DNA of 32,762 bases from Candidatus Nanoarchaeia archaeon (GTDB lineage: Archaea; Nanobdellota; Nanobdellia; SCGC-AAA011-G17; JACPNG01): positions 1 through 32,762 of the forward strand of contig JASLOB010000022.1 of the NCBI GenBank assembly GCA_030745695.1. The letters run 5' to 3'. Each line of letters opens with the position of its first letter. Position 1 is the first letter of the stretch. Below the pieces are notes generated by a model that saw only the letters and a list, made by a program, of their open reading frames with translations, was not told the DNA's origin and ran no database searches. Positions 1 through 9,635 of the stretch are shown piece after piece. The position numbers were made by a program, and so were the translations under genes.

Positions 1-1
1 A

Positions 2-247
2 CAAAGAGGAAGCAAATACAATAAAAGAACAATTCAACAAATTGTAAAAAATGCTTCTAGAAAAGTTGGAATAAAGAAAAACATTACACCTCACACTTTG
101 AGACACAGTTTCGCTACACATTTACTTGAATCGGGAGCAGACATAAGATACATTCAACAATTATTAGGGCACAAAGACTTGAAAACTACCCAAATTTATA
201 CTCATGTAGCTAATAAAGATATAAAAAATTTAGCAGAATTGCTATAA
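2..247 (+). CDS. Tyrosine recombinase (XerA/XerC-D or integron-integrase-like), C-terminal fragment truncated by the window edge
   Basis: Manual translation of frame 2: [81 protein letters not shown]. Contains HxLRHSFAT, LLGH and the catalytic Tyr (TTQIYTH). Not in the ORF track. Confidence 0.93.
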   Translation, partial: QRGSKYNKRTIQQIVKNASRKVGIKKNITPHTLRHSFATHLLESGADIRYIQQLLGHKDLKTTQIYTHVANKDIKNLAELL

Positions 248-430
248 ATCTTAAACCTTAATCCAGGAACTTACTCATTCCTAAAATCAAAACTCCCGTT
301 AACTTAACAGCTCAATAGCTTAGAAAGATTTAAAAACCCAAATTCTTTGTACCAGATAACAGAAGCGCTTATTCTAATGTTATCCAGTACGATATAGATA
401 GGAGAATTTCAATTTAAAAAACTTTCGAAA

Positions 431-2227
431 ATGGAAAATATATATGTAGTAGACACAAGCGTTATAATAGAAAAAGCTATTTCAAAATTCATAAAAAACA
501 AAGAAATAGAAGGAAAAATAATAATTCCAAAAGCAGTAATAGCTGAATTAGAACATCAAGCAAATAAAGGACAAGAAACAGGTTATTTAGGATTAGAAGA
601 GATACAAGAACTACAAAAACTAAAACAAGAAAATAAAATAGATTTAGATTTCACAGGACAAAGACCTAATCCTCTACAAATTAAATATGCTAAATCAGGA
701 GGGGAAATTGACGCACTAATAAGAGATGTAGCATATAATGAAGGAGCAACATTAATTACAGCAGATAGAGTACAAGCAGAAGCTGCAAAAGCTCTTGGAT
801 TAAATGTTAAATTTATAGAATTAAAAATAGATTATAAAGAGATTGGATTAGAAAAATTCTTTGATTCTAAAATAATGAGTGTACATCTAAAAGAAGATTG
901 TATTCCTAAAGCGAAAAAAGGACAACCAGGAGATTGGGAATTAGTTGGATTAGGGGATAAAAAAATAACACAAAAAGAAATAAAAGATTTATCAAAAGAA
1001 GTAGTAGAAAAATCTAATGTAGATCCAAAATCATTTGTTGAAATTTCTAGAAAAGGATCTACAATTATTCAATATAAAGATTTTAGGGTTGTAATAACCA
1101 AACCTCCAGTATCAGATGGTTGGGAGATAACAGCAGTTCATCCTCTAACACAATTAAAATTAGATGAGTATAATCTACCAGAAGAAATACTTGAAAGAAT
1201 AAAAACTAAAGCAAGAGGAATAATAATAGCAGGAGAAACAGGATCTGGAAAATCTACGATATCCCAAGCTATTGCTGAATCTTATGTTAAAGAAGGAAAA
1301 ATAACTAAAACAGTTGAATCTCCAAGAGACTTACAATTAACAGATTCAATAACCCAATATAGTAAAAATTTCACAAGTCCAGAAGAAATTCATGATATTT
1401 TATTCTTATCCAGGCCAGATAACATAATATTTGATGAGATAAGAGACACTCCTGATTTCAAATTATATATTGATTTGAGATTAGCTGGAAGTAATTGTTT
1501 AGGAGTATTACATTCAGCATCTCCAATAGATGCAGTACAAAGATTTATTTCTAGAATTGATACTGGAATAATTCCATCTGTCTTAGATACAATAATGTAT
1601 ATAAAAAAAGGAACAGTATCCAAAGTATTAACATTAAATATGATAGTTAAAATTCCATCAGGAATGAAGGAAGCAGATTTAGCCCGTCCTGTTGTAGAGG
1701 TTAAAGATTTCTTAACTAATAAGTTAGAATATGAGATTTATAGTTATGGAGAACAAACTGTTGTAGTTCCAATTAGTTTAGTAAAAGAATCTTCAGTTAA
1801 AAAATTAGCTAAAAAACAAATTGAAGCGGAGTTTTTAAGAAATGTAGATAATGTAAAAGTAGAAATTACTTCTGAAGATAGAGCTAGTGTTTATGTTAAA
1901 GAAGATGAGATAGGAAGAATAATAGGAAAACAAGGAAAAACTATAGAAACTATAGAAGCTAGATTAGGAATTCATATAGATGTTAAAGAATTAGAAGAAA
2001 CAAATAAAGAAGACTCATTAGAATATGATGCTAAAGATACAGGAAAATATGTTGTTTTTTATATAAATGAAGAAAATAAAGAAGTTGATATCCATATTAA
2101 TAAACAATTTTTAGTTTCAACAAAATCTTCAAAAAAAGGAGAAATTAAAATTAAGAAAAAAAGTAAATTAGGACAAACTTTATCAAAATCTTTAAGTTCA
2201 AAACAAAAAATAGAATTAAAAGGTTAA
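431..2227 (+). CDS. PIN domain - P-loop ATPase - KH domain protein (PINA / MJ1533 family)
   Basis: N-terminal PIN (YVVDTSVII...ELEHQAN...EIDALIRD...LITAD), Walker A GETGSGKST, VESPRDL, Walker B IIFDEIR, HSASPIDAVQRF, and KH motif IGRIIGKQGKTI. Confidence 0.92.
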   Translation: MENIYVVDTSVIIEKAISKFIKNKEIEGKIIIPKAVIAELEHQANKGQETGYLGLEEIQELQKLKQENKIDLDFTGQRPNPLQIKYAKSGGEIDALIRDVAYNEGATLITADRVQAEAAKALGLNVKFIELKIDYKEIGLEKFFDSKIMSVHLKEDCIPKAKKGQPGDWELVGLGDKKITQKEIKDLSKEVVEKSNVDPKSFVEISRKGSTIIQYKDFRVVITKPPVSDGWEITAVHPLTQLKLDEYNLPEEILERIKTKARGIIIAGETGSGKSTISQAIAESYVKEGKITKTVESPRDLQLTDSITQYSKNFTSPEEIHDILFLSRPDNIIFDEIRDTPDFKLYIDLRLAGSNCLGVLHSASPIDAVQRFISRIDTGIIPSVLDTIMYIKKGTVSKVLTLNMIVKIPSGMKEADLARPVVEVKDFLTNKLEYEIYSYGEQTVVVPISLVKESSVKKLAKKQIEAEFLRNVDNVKVEITSEDRASVYVKEDEIGRIIGKQGKTIETIEARLGIHIDVKELEETNKEDSLEYDAKDTGKYVVFYINEENKEVDIHINKQFLVSTKSSKKGEIKIKKKSKLGQTLSKSLSSKQKIELKG

Positions 2228-3939
2228 TATTTAACAGACTCTGTCTTTGGATGCTCATGTCCAACTTCTTTTCTTTCTTTCAAATGTTTAATTTGTTTAT
2301 TTCTTTCTTTTAGAAATTTATCTAAATTAAATCCATACCTATCAATTATATTTGACATATATTTTCCACCTAAGAAGTGAGGCATCAAAACATATGTTAC
2401 TCTTTTATTGTACAATCCATAAGCCTCATCAATATGGTGAGATACAACAATAATGATTGCTTTTCTATTTACTTTACGAATCTTTTCAATTAATAATGAA
2501 TTAGTCTCATAATATGGAATAGTAGAAACAGCCATCTTTATTTTATCTAAATTTAATTCATCTAAAAATTCAGGATCATCTACATCTCCATAAATACATT
2601 CTACCTTTCTATCTGTTAATCTAGAAATAATATCTGGATTGTAATCAACAACAAGAAACTTCTTTTTTAGTCTTTGAAATGTTTTTACAAAATCATATCC
2701 AACTCTATTGTAACCAAATAATATGATACTATATTTTTTAGATGATTCTTTAATTTTTTTAGGTTGTTTTCTTTCAAATATTGATAACATATTTGAGAAA
2801 TAAGGATATAATTTTTCAGAATAGATTATTAGATAAGATGAACCAGCTATTGTTATCAACCCTGTTAATGTAATTAATGATACAATATCATTTTGTATAT
2901 GTTCTGATCTAACCCCTAAAGCTATCACAATAAAAGAAAATTCGCTTATCTGTGCTAATGTCAATCCAACTAGAAATCCATTTCTTTTTTTATGTCCAGT
3001 CAATCCCATAAAAGTAAGAATTGTTAAAGGTTTTATGATAAAGATGAATAATGATAATATAAGAGCAGGAATTAATATTTTAGTTAATTCTTCAAAAGCT
3101 AATTGTGATCCTAAGAGTACAAAAAATAAAATCATAAAAAAGTCTCTTAATGGACGCATTTTAGCACTTATCTCATGGGAATAAGGAGACACAGATAAAG
3201 TAACTCCTGCAATTAAAGCCCCTATCTCAATTGATAAATTTAAAAATTGAAATAATATTGATAATCCAAAACCCCATGCAATTGAAAACAAAAATAAATA
3301 TTCTTGAGACTTTGCAAAGAATTTAGCTAAATGTGGAAGTATATATTTACTAATTAGTATTAATAAAACAATTATTATGGATCCAGTTATGATTGTTTGT
3401 GTTGCTAATTCACTTATTCCAATATTATTAGAAATTGAAGATATTACAATTAAAGCTAATATTGCTATTAGATCCTGAAGTAATAATATTCCAATTGAAA
3501 TTTTTCCATATAATGTTTCTAAATCTTTTTTATCTGATAGTAACTTCATGATCACAATTGTACTACTAAATGTTAAAGCAATTGCAACATATAATGCAGA
3601 AATAGATGGAAATCCAAGTAATTTAGTTATAACAAAACCTAATATAAAAGTAATGGATATCTGTCCTAATCCAGCTATTAAAGCTACTGGACCAACCTCT
3701 CTTATTACTTTTGGAGTTAAGTTCAACCCAACTATAAATAATAATAAAGCAATTCCAATTTCAGAAAATAATGATATTGTATCTGTTGATTCAACAATAT
3801 TAAAAACATATGAACTTACTAATATTCCAGTAAGTAAATAACCAATAATTGCTGGTTGTCTTAATAATCTAATTATTCCTGTAGTTACAGCCGCTATGAC
3901 TATAATCATACTTAACTCAAAAAATAAATTTGATGCCAC
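2224..3939 (-). CDS. CPA2 cation:proton antiporter (Kef-type K+ transporter) with C-terminal TrkA-N/KTN domain
   Basis: Multiple TM helices, FSSTIVIMKLL, LLLQD, LAQISEFSF, and KTN motif ILFGYNRVG...YGDVDD. GTG start. Confidence 0.9.
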   Translation of the reverse strand: MASNLFFELSMIIVIAAVTTGIIRLLRQPAIIGYLLTGILVSSYVFNIVESTDTISLFSEIGIALLLFIVGLNLTPKVIREVGPVALIAGLGQISITFILGFVITKLLGFPSISALYVAIALTFSSTIVIMKLLSDKKDLETLYGKISIGILLLQDLIAILALIVISSISNNIGISELATQTIITGSIIIVLLILISKYILPHLAKFFAKSQEYLFLFSIAWGFGLSILFQFLNLSIEIGALIAGVTLSVSPYSHEISAKMRPLRDFFMILFFVLLGSQLAFEELTKILIPALILSLFIFIIKPLTILTFMGLTGHKKRNGFLVGLTLAQISEFSFIVIALGVRSEHIQNDIVSLITLTGLITIAGSSYLIIYSEKLYPYFSNMLSIFERKQPKKIKESSKKYSIILFGYNRVGYDFVKTFQRLKKKFLVVDYNPDIISRLTDRKVECIYGDVDDPEFLDELNLDKIKMAVSTIPYYETNSLLIEKIRKVNRKAIIIVVSHHIDEAYGLYNKRVTYVLMPHFLGGKYMSNIIDRYGFNLDKFLKERNKQIKHLKERKEVGHEHPKTESVKY

Positions 3940-3999
3940 TATTTTTCCTCTTTTTTATTTAAATAGGATAGATTTATGATTAATAAATCTTATCAAGAT

Positions 4000-4015
4000 A
4001 AAGTTTTTTAAATAA
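4000..4015 (+). promoter_or_regulatory. Probable archaeal BRE/TATA promoter of tRNA-Arg
   Basis: AAAG-TTTTTTAAATA about 22-30 nt upstream of the tRNA 5' end. Confidence 0.45.
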
Positions 4016-4035
4016 ATACAATAATTTTATTAAAT

Positions 4036-4111
4036 GAGCCTGTAGCTCAGTCTGGATTAGAGCATCTGCCTCCTAAGCAGAAGGTCGAGGGTTCAAATCC
4101 CTTCAGGCTCG
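4036..4111 (+). tRNA. tRNA-Arg (anticodon CCT), no encoded CCA
   Basis: Acceptor stem GAGCCTG/CAGGCTC, anticodon arm TCTGC-CTCCTAA-GCAGA, T-loop GTTCAAATC. Confidence 0.96.
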
Positions 4112-4636
4112 TTATATAAATAATAAAATAGAAATTAAAGATAACAATCCAAATATAGTAAATCCTATAACTAATTTATTAATATTAAGTCTATATCTAA
4201 AGAACAATACCCCAAAAATAAAATAAGAAAATAATAATTCTCTTGTAAAAAATCTAGCTATACTACTCAATCCTAAAAATTGTAATGGTGTAGCTCCTAA
4301 AAATACCCAAACTATAACTGAGATGTAATCTATTACTGCATCTGAAATCCAACCATAAGCAAAAAATCTTAATCTTATGAATTTAAACCAAAAAAATGTA
4401 AATACTAATCCTATAACTAATTCTTCTAAAACTCCCAAAAACGGAAAAGTATTATAGATTTTAACTGTTTCATAACTAACTATAAACCCAACTGAATTTG
4501 TTTTAAGGAAAGTTACATAATACAAAACTTGTCTAAGTATGTTAGGAGCTAGAATAATTAGAAAAAATTTGAATATATCTACTTTATCATACTTAACTAA
4601 AGTCATACCTAAAAGATTTTTTAAGTCAAAATTCAT
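4112..4636 (-). CDS. Hypothetical multi-pass membrane protein
   Basis: 174 aa, about 5 hydrophobic segments, overlaps the upstream gene by 4 bp. Confidence 0.7.
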   Translation of the reverse strand: MNFDLKNLLGMTLVKYDKVDIFKFFLIILAPNILRQVLYYVTFLKTNSVGFIVSYETVKIYNTFPFLGVLEELVIGLVFTFFWFKFIRLRFFAYGWISDAVIDYISVIVWVFLGATPLQFLGLSSIARFFTRELLFSYFIFGVLFFRYRLNINKLVIGFTIFGLLSLISILLFI

Positions 4637-5115
4637 TTTTTCTTAAATAAACTAGACAATCTCTCAATAGATGATTGAATATTTGAATCTAAAGTGTCAT
4701 ATGATTTCGATTTTCTCTTTGTTCCTAAAACAACTTTAAGGGGTTTTTTCTCTACTTTTTGTGTTTTTTTCTTCTTTTTATACTTAAATGAATTTATTAA
4801 AGATACTGCCACTAAAATGAGTAACACTCCTATCAATCCGTATAACACAAAAATAAAATTAAAATCTCTTTTTTGTTTTATAGTTTGACATTCATTATCA
4901 CATAAATAACTTTTACATTCATAATCAAACAAACAAGGATCTCCATCATTTTTTGCTGTTTCTATTTTTCTATTTGAACTACAATAGATTTGTTCCCCAT
5001 ATTCTGATGTTAATCTTTGTGTTCCAACTTTAACACATTTATCATTATACTCACAACCTTCACATTGGGCATACACAAATGGAATTAATAATAACAAAAT
5101 TATCAATATTTTCAT
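4633..5115 (-). CDS. Secreted, membrane-anchored cysteine-rich protein
   Basis: Signal peptide, an 8-Cys module (CEGC...C...YC...C..DYECKSYLC...C), one TM helix and a basic cytoplasmic tail. Confidence 0.75.
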   Translation of the reverse strand: MKILIILLLLIPFVYAQCEGCEYNDKCVKVGTQRLTSEYGEQIYCSSNRKIETAKNDGDPCLFDYECKSYLCDNECQTIKQKRDFNFIFVLYGLIGVLLILVAVSLINSFKYKKKKKTQKVEKKPLKVVLGTKRKSKSYDTLDSNIQSSIERLSSLFKKK

Positions 5116-6158
5116 TTCTTTCCCCTATCTATTTTATATAATAGATTAACTGTTTCCTCTGCACCATTACATTTTATTTTACTTTTATTTATTTTTCTTT
5201 GAAGTTTCTTTAAATTATATAAAAATTCACCTAAAGATTCTTTAACATTATCTCCCACAATAACATAATCTTTAATTAAATCAGCATTTAATTGTTGTTC
5301 TACATGATTTTTTATAGGAAAAACTAAAATTGGCTTCTTCATAAAAAAAGATTCAGATAAAGTCAAATTCCCAGCTAAAGTTATAACTCCTTTAGAAACA
5401 TAAAGATAATCTAAAAAATTATCTTTAAAGATATAATGGGATTTTGTAACTTTTTTAGTTCCACCAAAAACAATGAAATTTTCTTTATATTTTCTATTTA
5501 ATTTCATTATCTCTTTAGCTAACTCTATCCCATAATCAGATCCACCTAACATGATTAATATAGGATTTTTTTTCAGTTCTAGTTTTTTCATAATATTTCT
5601 TTTCTTCTTATATTCTCTAACAATAGGACAAACATAAGAAATATTAGAAAAACTTTTTCTTTTTTTAAGTGAAGGAATGATAACCTTTGTTGAATTTTTG
5701 TAAATATTTTCTATAAACTTAGATTGGATATCCAATCTTTTAGATTTATTTTTATATTTCTTATAAGCTTTAGGATCATAACCAAAAATAGAAATACATT
5801 TTTTCTTTAAAGATTTAGCAATAAAAAGTGACATTGGTTCAAAATCAGATATAATTAAATCTGGATCAAATGATTTAAGTGTTTCTTTATGTTTTCTCCA
5901 AGTTAACATCCAAGAAAATGGTAGATAATAATTTTTTATAAGAAATCTATGTGTTTTAAATTCTAATCCATCATCTGGAAATTTATAACCTTCTACTTCT
6001 AAAACTTTAAATTTATCTTTAAAATATTTATAAGAATTGTCATATCCTAAGATTAAAACATCATTTAATTTATTTCTTTTTAGAAATTCATTTATTATAG
6101 TTTCTACTCTTATAGAATCACCATATCCAAATCCTGTTACAACAAATAAAAGTTTCAT
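5112..6158 (-). CDS. GT-B glycosyltransferase (MJ1255/VC2487-like, GT28-related)
   Basis: VTGFGYGDSIR, PDLIISDFEP, MLGGS, AGNLTLSES, PIKNHVEQQLNA. Confidence 0.82.
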   Translation of the reverse strand: MKLLFVVTGFGYGDSIRVETIINEFLKRNKLNDVLILGYDNSYKYFKDKFKVLEVEGYKFPDDGLEFKTHRFLIKNYYLPFSWMLTWRKHKETLKSFDPDLIISDFEPMSLFIAKSLKKKCISIFGYDPKAYKKYKNKSKRLDIQSKFIENIYKNSTKVIIPSLKKRKSFSNISYVCPIVREYKKKRNIMKKLELKKNPILIMLGGSDYGIELAKEIMKLNRKYKENFIVFGGTKKVTKSHYIFKDNFLDYLYVSKGVITLAGNLTLSESFFMKKPILVFPIKNHVEQQLNADLIKDYVIVGDNVKESLGEFLYNLKKLQRKINKSKIKCNGAEETVNLLYKIDRGKK

Positions 6159-6180
6159 CCTCTTTTTATATAATTTAATG

Positions 6181-6810
6181 TTACTTCAATTTATAAAATT
6201 TTTCTGCATATTTACAATTATTCTTATTTCCATATAATCTAGCCCTAAATATAACAGGTAATAATTGAACATATATAGACAACCATTGACTCTTAAAATG
6301 TTTAAGTATTCTTAATTTTTCTTTAAAAGTGTCACTTATATCTACATACACAACTGGTTTATTTTCATTAATAACATTCCAAACCTCAAATGCATAAACC
6401 CCCCCTTTATACTTCATTTCTTCAATAGAATCCATAACTAGATTATTAACTGCTCTATGATCTGGATGTGGATCTAAAGAGCATAGAGTATAAATTTTAC
6501 TTGGTTTATTTTTTTTAATAATCTCAATTATTTTTTTCTTTGTTTTTTCTGAATCTTCTTTAAACTTCCCCTCTTTTAATCCTAAAAAAATAGTTTTTCT
6601 TCCTAATATCTTATCTATTACATTTGTTTCTTTTTCTCTTTTTTTTGCAACAATTTTTTCTTTTAAATGTGGATGGCTTTTCTCTCCATATGAAAAAACA
6701 GTATGAACAATATTTTTACCTTCTTTTACAAATTTCAATATAGCTCCGCCACATCCTATCTCTGTATCATCTGAATGTGCACAAAACACTAATATATTTT
6801 CTTTAGTCAT
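6181..6810 (-). CDS. PIG-L/LmbE family N-acetylhexosaminyl deacetylase
   Basis: AHSDDTEIGCGG and HPDH metal-binding motifs, HFKSQ, AEKF. Confidence 0.9.
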   Translation of the reverse strand: MTKENILVFCAHSDDTEIGCGGAILKFVKEGKNIVHTVFSYGEKSHPHLKEKIVAKKREKETNVIDKILGRKTIFLGLKEGKFKEDSEKTKKKIIEIIKKNKPSKIYTLCSLDPHPDHRAVNNLVMDSIEEMKYKGGVYAFEVWNVINENKPVVYVDISDTFKEKLRILKHFKSQWLSIYVQLLPVIFRARLYGNKNNCKYAEKFYKLK

Positions 6811-6822
6811 TTTAAATTAAAA

Positions 6823-6912
6823 TGCACCGGCCGGGATTCGAACCCGGATCATCGGCTTACTTCGTTTTAGTATCTTGGAAGGCCGAGATTCTAGCCATTA
6901 AACTACCGATGC
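6823..6912 (-). tRNA. tRNA-Gly (anticodon TCC) with an 18-nt intron at 37/38 (6858-6875)
   Basis: Minus strand: GCATCGG...TCGGC-CTTCCA[AGATACTAAAACGAAGTA]A-GCCGA...CCGGGTTCGAATCCCGG-CCGGTGCA. CTTC pairs with intron GAAG to form the central helix of a BHB-like motif. Confidence 0.93.
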
Positions 6913-6955
6913 ATAACAAGAAAACTCAAAAACAACTTATATATTTTTCTATATA

Positions 6956-9598
6956 TTAAAACCAACTATTTGCTTTTTTAAATCCTTTATTTATTTGATC
7001 ATTAGTCCAACCTTTCTGCAATAATATCTTCTTTATATTCACATCATCCATCTTAGATTTTCTACATCTTCTAATATATTTTTTGACTACTTTAATATTT
7101 TGTCCTTTAGTTGGAACATCTATCTTTATCAACACCCATTTTTGTTCCCATTCTATCTCTTCAAAAGCATATCTTATTTGGCGTTTATTCCATCCTTTTC
7201 GTAATAATGTTTTAGATATATTCTTCTTTTCTATATTTTTACTTAATGAATTTTTGATAAATTTCTTAACATTTTCTAAATCATTTTTAGCTTTAAATGG
7301 ATTTTTTCCTTTAGTTAATTTTCTAAAATCTAATTTTCCTTTGTAAAAATTAAGATATATTACTCCAACAAGTATTACAATAATGGCTAATATTATCCAT
7401 AACCAAGAAAAACTTCTATTTTCACAGTCTATTGGACAACTTATTTTGTCTTCAAAAGGAATAGAACAAACTTCATCTCCACAAGTATGTGTTTCTTCTT
7501 GAGGTTCTTGTATAATTGTTGTTTCTACATCTAAAGGCACAATAATTGTCTTTAAATTTAATATTTTTTCAATAAACTCTCCATCTATCACATAACTAAA
7601 TTCTACATCACTATTCTTAACTAAACTAGAAAACTTTTTCCTTAACAAAGGATCTCTTTCTACAACTTCGAAATCATCAATGAAATTTATATTATCTACA
7701 TCATTTGTTATACTTTTAGGAATCTTCTCATAAACATAAACATCATCTAAATTTTCTTTTGGATTAATTATTTTTTTTATTAAAGTTTTTTTAACTTCAT
7801 TTCCAGAATTTAAAATTGTTTTTATTGTTGTAGCTTCTACATTAACATTAACTTTATTTTGTAACTCATAAACAGATATTTTGTCATTAGTATCAACAAT
7901 ATTATTTAAATCACTTGGTCCTACAACTGAAATATCTTTTAATATTTCAGTTTCTTTAATTGATTTAGGAAGATTATTCTTAAAAGAATTTATTTTATTT
8001 CTAAGTTTTTCAGTTTCATTTTCTACTTTATCCAAAGAAATATTTGATAATGAGTTTAATTCATTCTTATATTGATTTAGTTGGAATAAAGATTGATCTA
8101 TATCATATTCAAAATATCTTAAAAATTTATTGTTTTTTATTTGATTTAAATCATTTTTAATATCGGATATTTCATCTTCTAAATTAGATGAATCAAACTC
8201 AAATAAATTAATATTTATACTTTTAGCAATATCAGGCCCTAATGTAGCCTTTAAAACTTCTGATTTATTTTGTAATGTAAAATTAAAAGGTTTAAGAGAC
8301 AAACTAATTGAAACATTATCAACAGATTTTCTATTTATTTCATATATAACTCCTGGAAAAGTTATTAGATCATGAAATAGATTATATTCAACCCCTCCAA
8401 TATCTACTAATAGATTAGTTAATACTACTTTTCCTTTAGAATTAGAACTTACAGATATGGGAACTATACAAAAATTATCATCAGGAATCCTACAAAGACT
8501 AACTTCTTGTTCAATGGAATTTTTTAAAAGATTTGTAGAAACATTCACTTTAGATAATTTTATTGGTGTGGTAAAAACAACATTATAATTTGCACCTCTG
8601 GCTTTTATAAAATAATCAAAAAATGATTGTTGTTCACAACTAGTTGAATCTATACCACATTGAAATGAGTTAATTGATTCACTAAAATCAATTGCTATTC
8701 TATAAGCCCCTTCAGAATTCTCATTACGTAAACAAACTAAAAACTCTCCCTCTATTGCTTCTGAAAATTTTAAACTACAACTATTAAAAGAAAAAGAAGT
8801 TCCAGGTTCTGGTAAATCACAATTATTTCCTCCACCTAAAATTTGATTTGATAAAGAGTCATAGGATAGTATAGAAGCTGTTATGTTCCCTCCAATACTT
8901 GTATCATCAAAAAGTCTATAATTAGCATTTATCTCAAAATCTCTTGATGAAGGTAGATCTATTAAACTACAATGATAAGTTTGAGTATCATTCAATATTA
9001 CAGTAGCAGGAACAACATCTAAATCTAAAGTATCTGATTTTACAAATTCATTTTTCAAACCAGTCTTTTCTCCTAGATACCTCCAGTCTACATCTCCATC
9101 ACTCCCTACATCAAAAGTTAATGAAGAAGGATAACTTCCATCAATAACTTCACTAAATATATCCATATCAATAGAACTAATTGAAACTCCAAATGGCAAT
9201 CTAAATCCTATTAATCTTTCACCTAATTGATTATAAATCAATATTTTAGAATCACTAGGATTTATTGCTTTAGTCTCATCATCAGTATTAGCATAAGTTC
9301 TCCCTAATTGAAAAAGCACAGTTCCAATATTCTTGTTATACATAAAACTTCCAAATTTTATAGTAAGATTTGTATCTAATTTAATTGGTCCATTAAAATT
9401 AATAGTTAAATTTCCATCTATAATCTCATCAGTTTTGTAAGATTCTCTATTAAGTCCTATATTTAAACTAGGATTTATATGTTGTAAAGTAGTAAAACTA
9501 GTAAAAGTGTTGTCCATAGACATAAAAAAACCAAAAGCTAATAAAAAAACTAAGAGAACAACCTCTAATCTATGATTATTTACATCACCTCTTTTCAT
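6956..9598 (-). CDS. Large membrane-anchored surface protein (880 aa) with Cys-rich motif and duplicated C-terminal helical repeat
   Basis: N-terminal MKRG plus hydrophobic segment, many N-x-S/T sequons, CGDEVC...SCPIDC motif before a TM helix, and two LL.KGW...QI repeats. Confidence 0.75.
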   Translation of the reverse strand: MKRGDVNNHRLEVVLLVFLLAFGFFMSMDNTFTSFTTLQHINPSLNIGLNRESYKTDEIIDGNLTINFNGPIKLDTNLTIKFGSFMYNKNIGTVLFQLGRTYANTDDETKAINPSDSKILIYNQLGERLIGFRLPFGVSISSIDMDIFSEVIDGSYPSSLTFDVGSDGDVDWRYLGEKTGLKNEFVKSDTLDLDVVPATVILNDTQTYHCSLIDLPSSRDFEINANYRLFDDTSIGGNITASILSYDSLSNQILGGGNNCDLPEPGTSFSFNSCSLKFSEAIEGEFLVCLRNENSEGAYRIAIDFSESINSFQCGIDSTSCEQQSFFDYFIKARGANYNVVFTTPIKLSKVNVSTNLLKNSIEQEVSLCRIPDDNFCIVPISVSSNSKGKVVLTNLLVDIGGVEYNLFHDLITFPGVIYEINRKSVDNVSISLSLKPFNFTLQNKSEVLKATLGPDIAKSININLFEFDSSNLEDEISDIKNDLNQIKNNKFLRYFEYDIDQSLFQLNQYKNELNSLSNISLDKVENETEKLRNKINSFKNNLPKSIKETEILKDISVVGPSDLNNIVDTNDKISVYELQNKVNVNVEATTIKTILNSGNEVKKTLIKKIINPKENLDDVYVYEKIPKSITNDVDNINFIDDFEVVERDPLLRKKFSSLVKNSDVEFSYVIDGEFIEKILNLKTIIVPLDVETTIIQEPQEETHTCGDEVCSIPFEDKISCPIDCENRSFSWLWIILAIIVILVGVIYLNFYKGKLDFRKLTKGKNPFKAKNDLENVKKFIKNSLSKNIEKKNISKTLLRKGWNKRQIRYAFEEIEWEQKWVLIKIDVPTKGQNIKVVKKYIRRCRKSKMDDVNIKKILLQKGWTNDQINKGFKKANSWF

Positions 9599-9635
9599 AA
9601 AAATTTAGAGTAAAATGTATATTTAAGTTTTATGT

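Noticed and set aside
431-2227. PIN toxin or secretion ATPase of a defence or pilus system
   Set aside because: The PIN-ATPase-KH architecture matches the conserved archaeal PINA family; no antitoxin or pilus genes are adjacent.
3970-3990. Inverted repeat AGATTTAT-N5-ATAAATCT between the kef gene and tRNA-Arg
   Set aside because: Almost all A/T in a very AT-rich divergent promoter region; cannot be distinguished from chance or overlapping TATA elements.
6882-6893. 12-bp GCCGAGATTCTA shared between tRNA-Gly and 30152-30163, as possible attL/attR
   Set aside because: The 23 kb in between is housekeeping (secDF, apt, pdh) with no integrase, and the 30152 copy is explained equally well by similarity to the tRNA-Ser 5' end.
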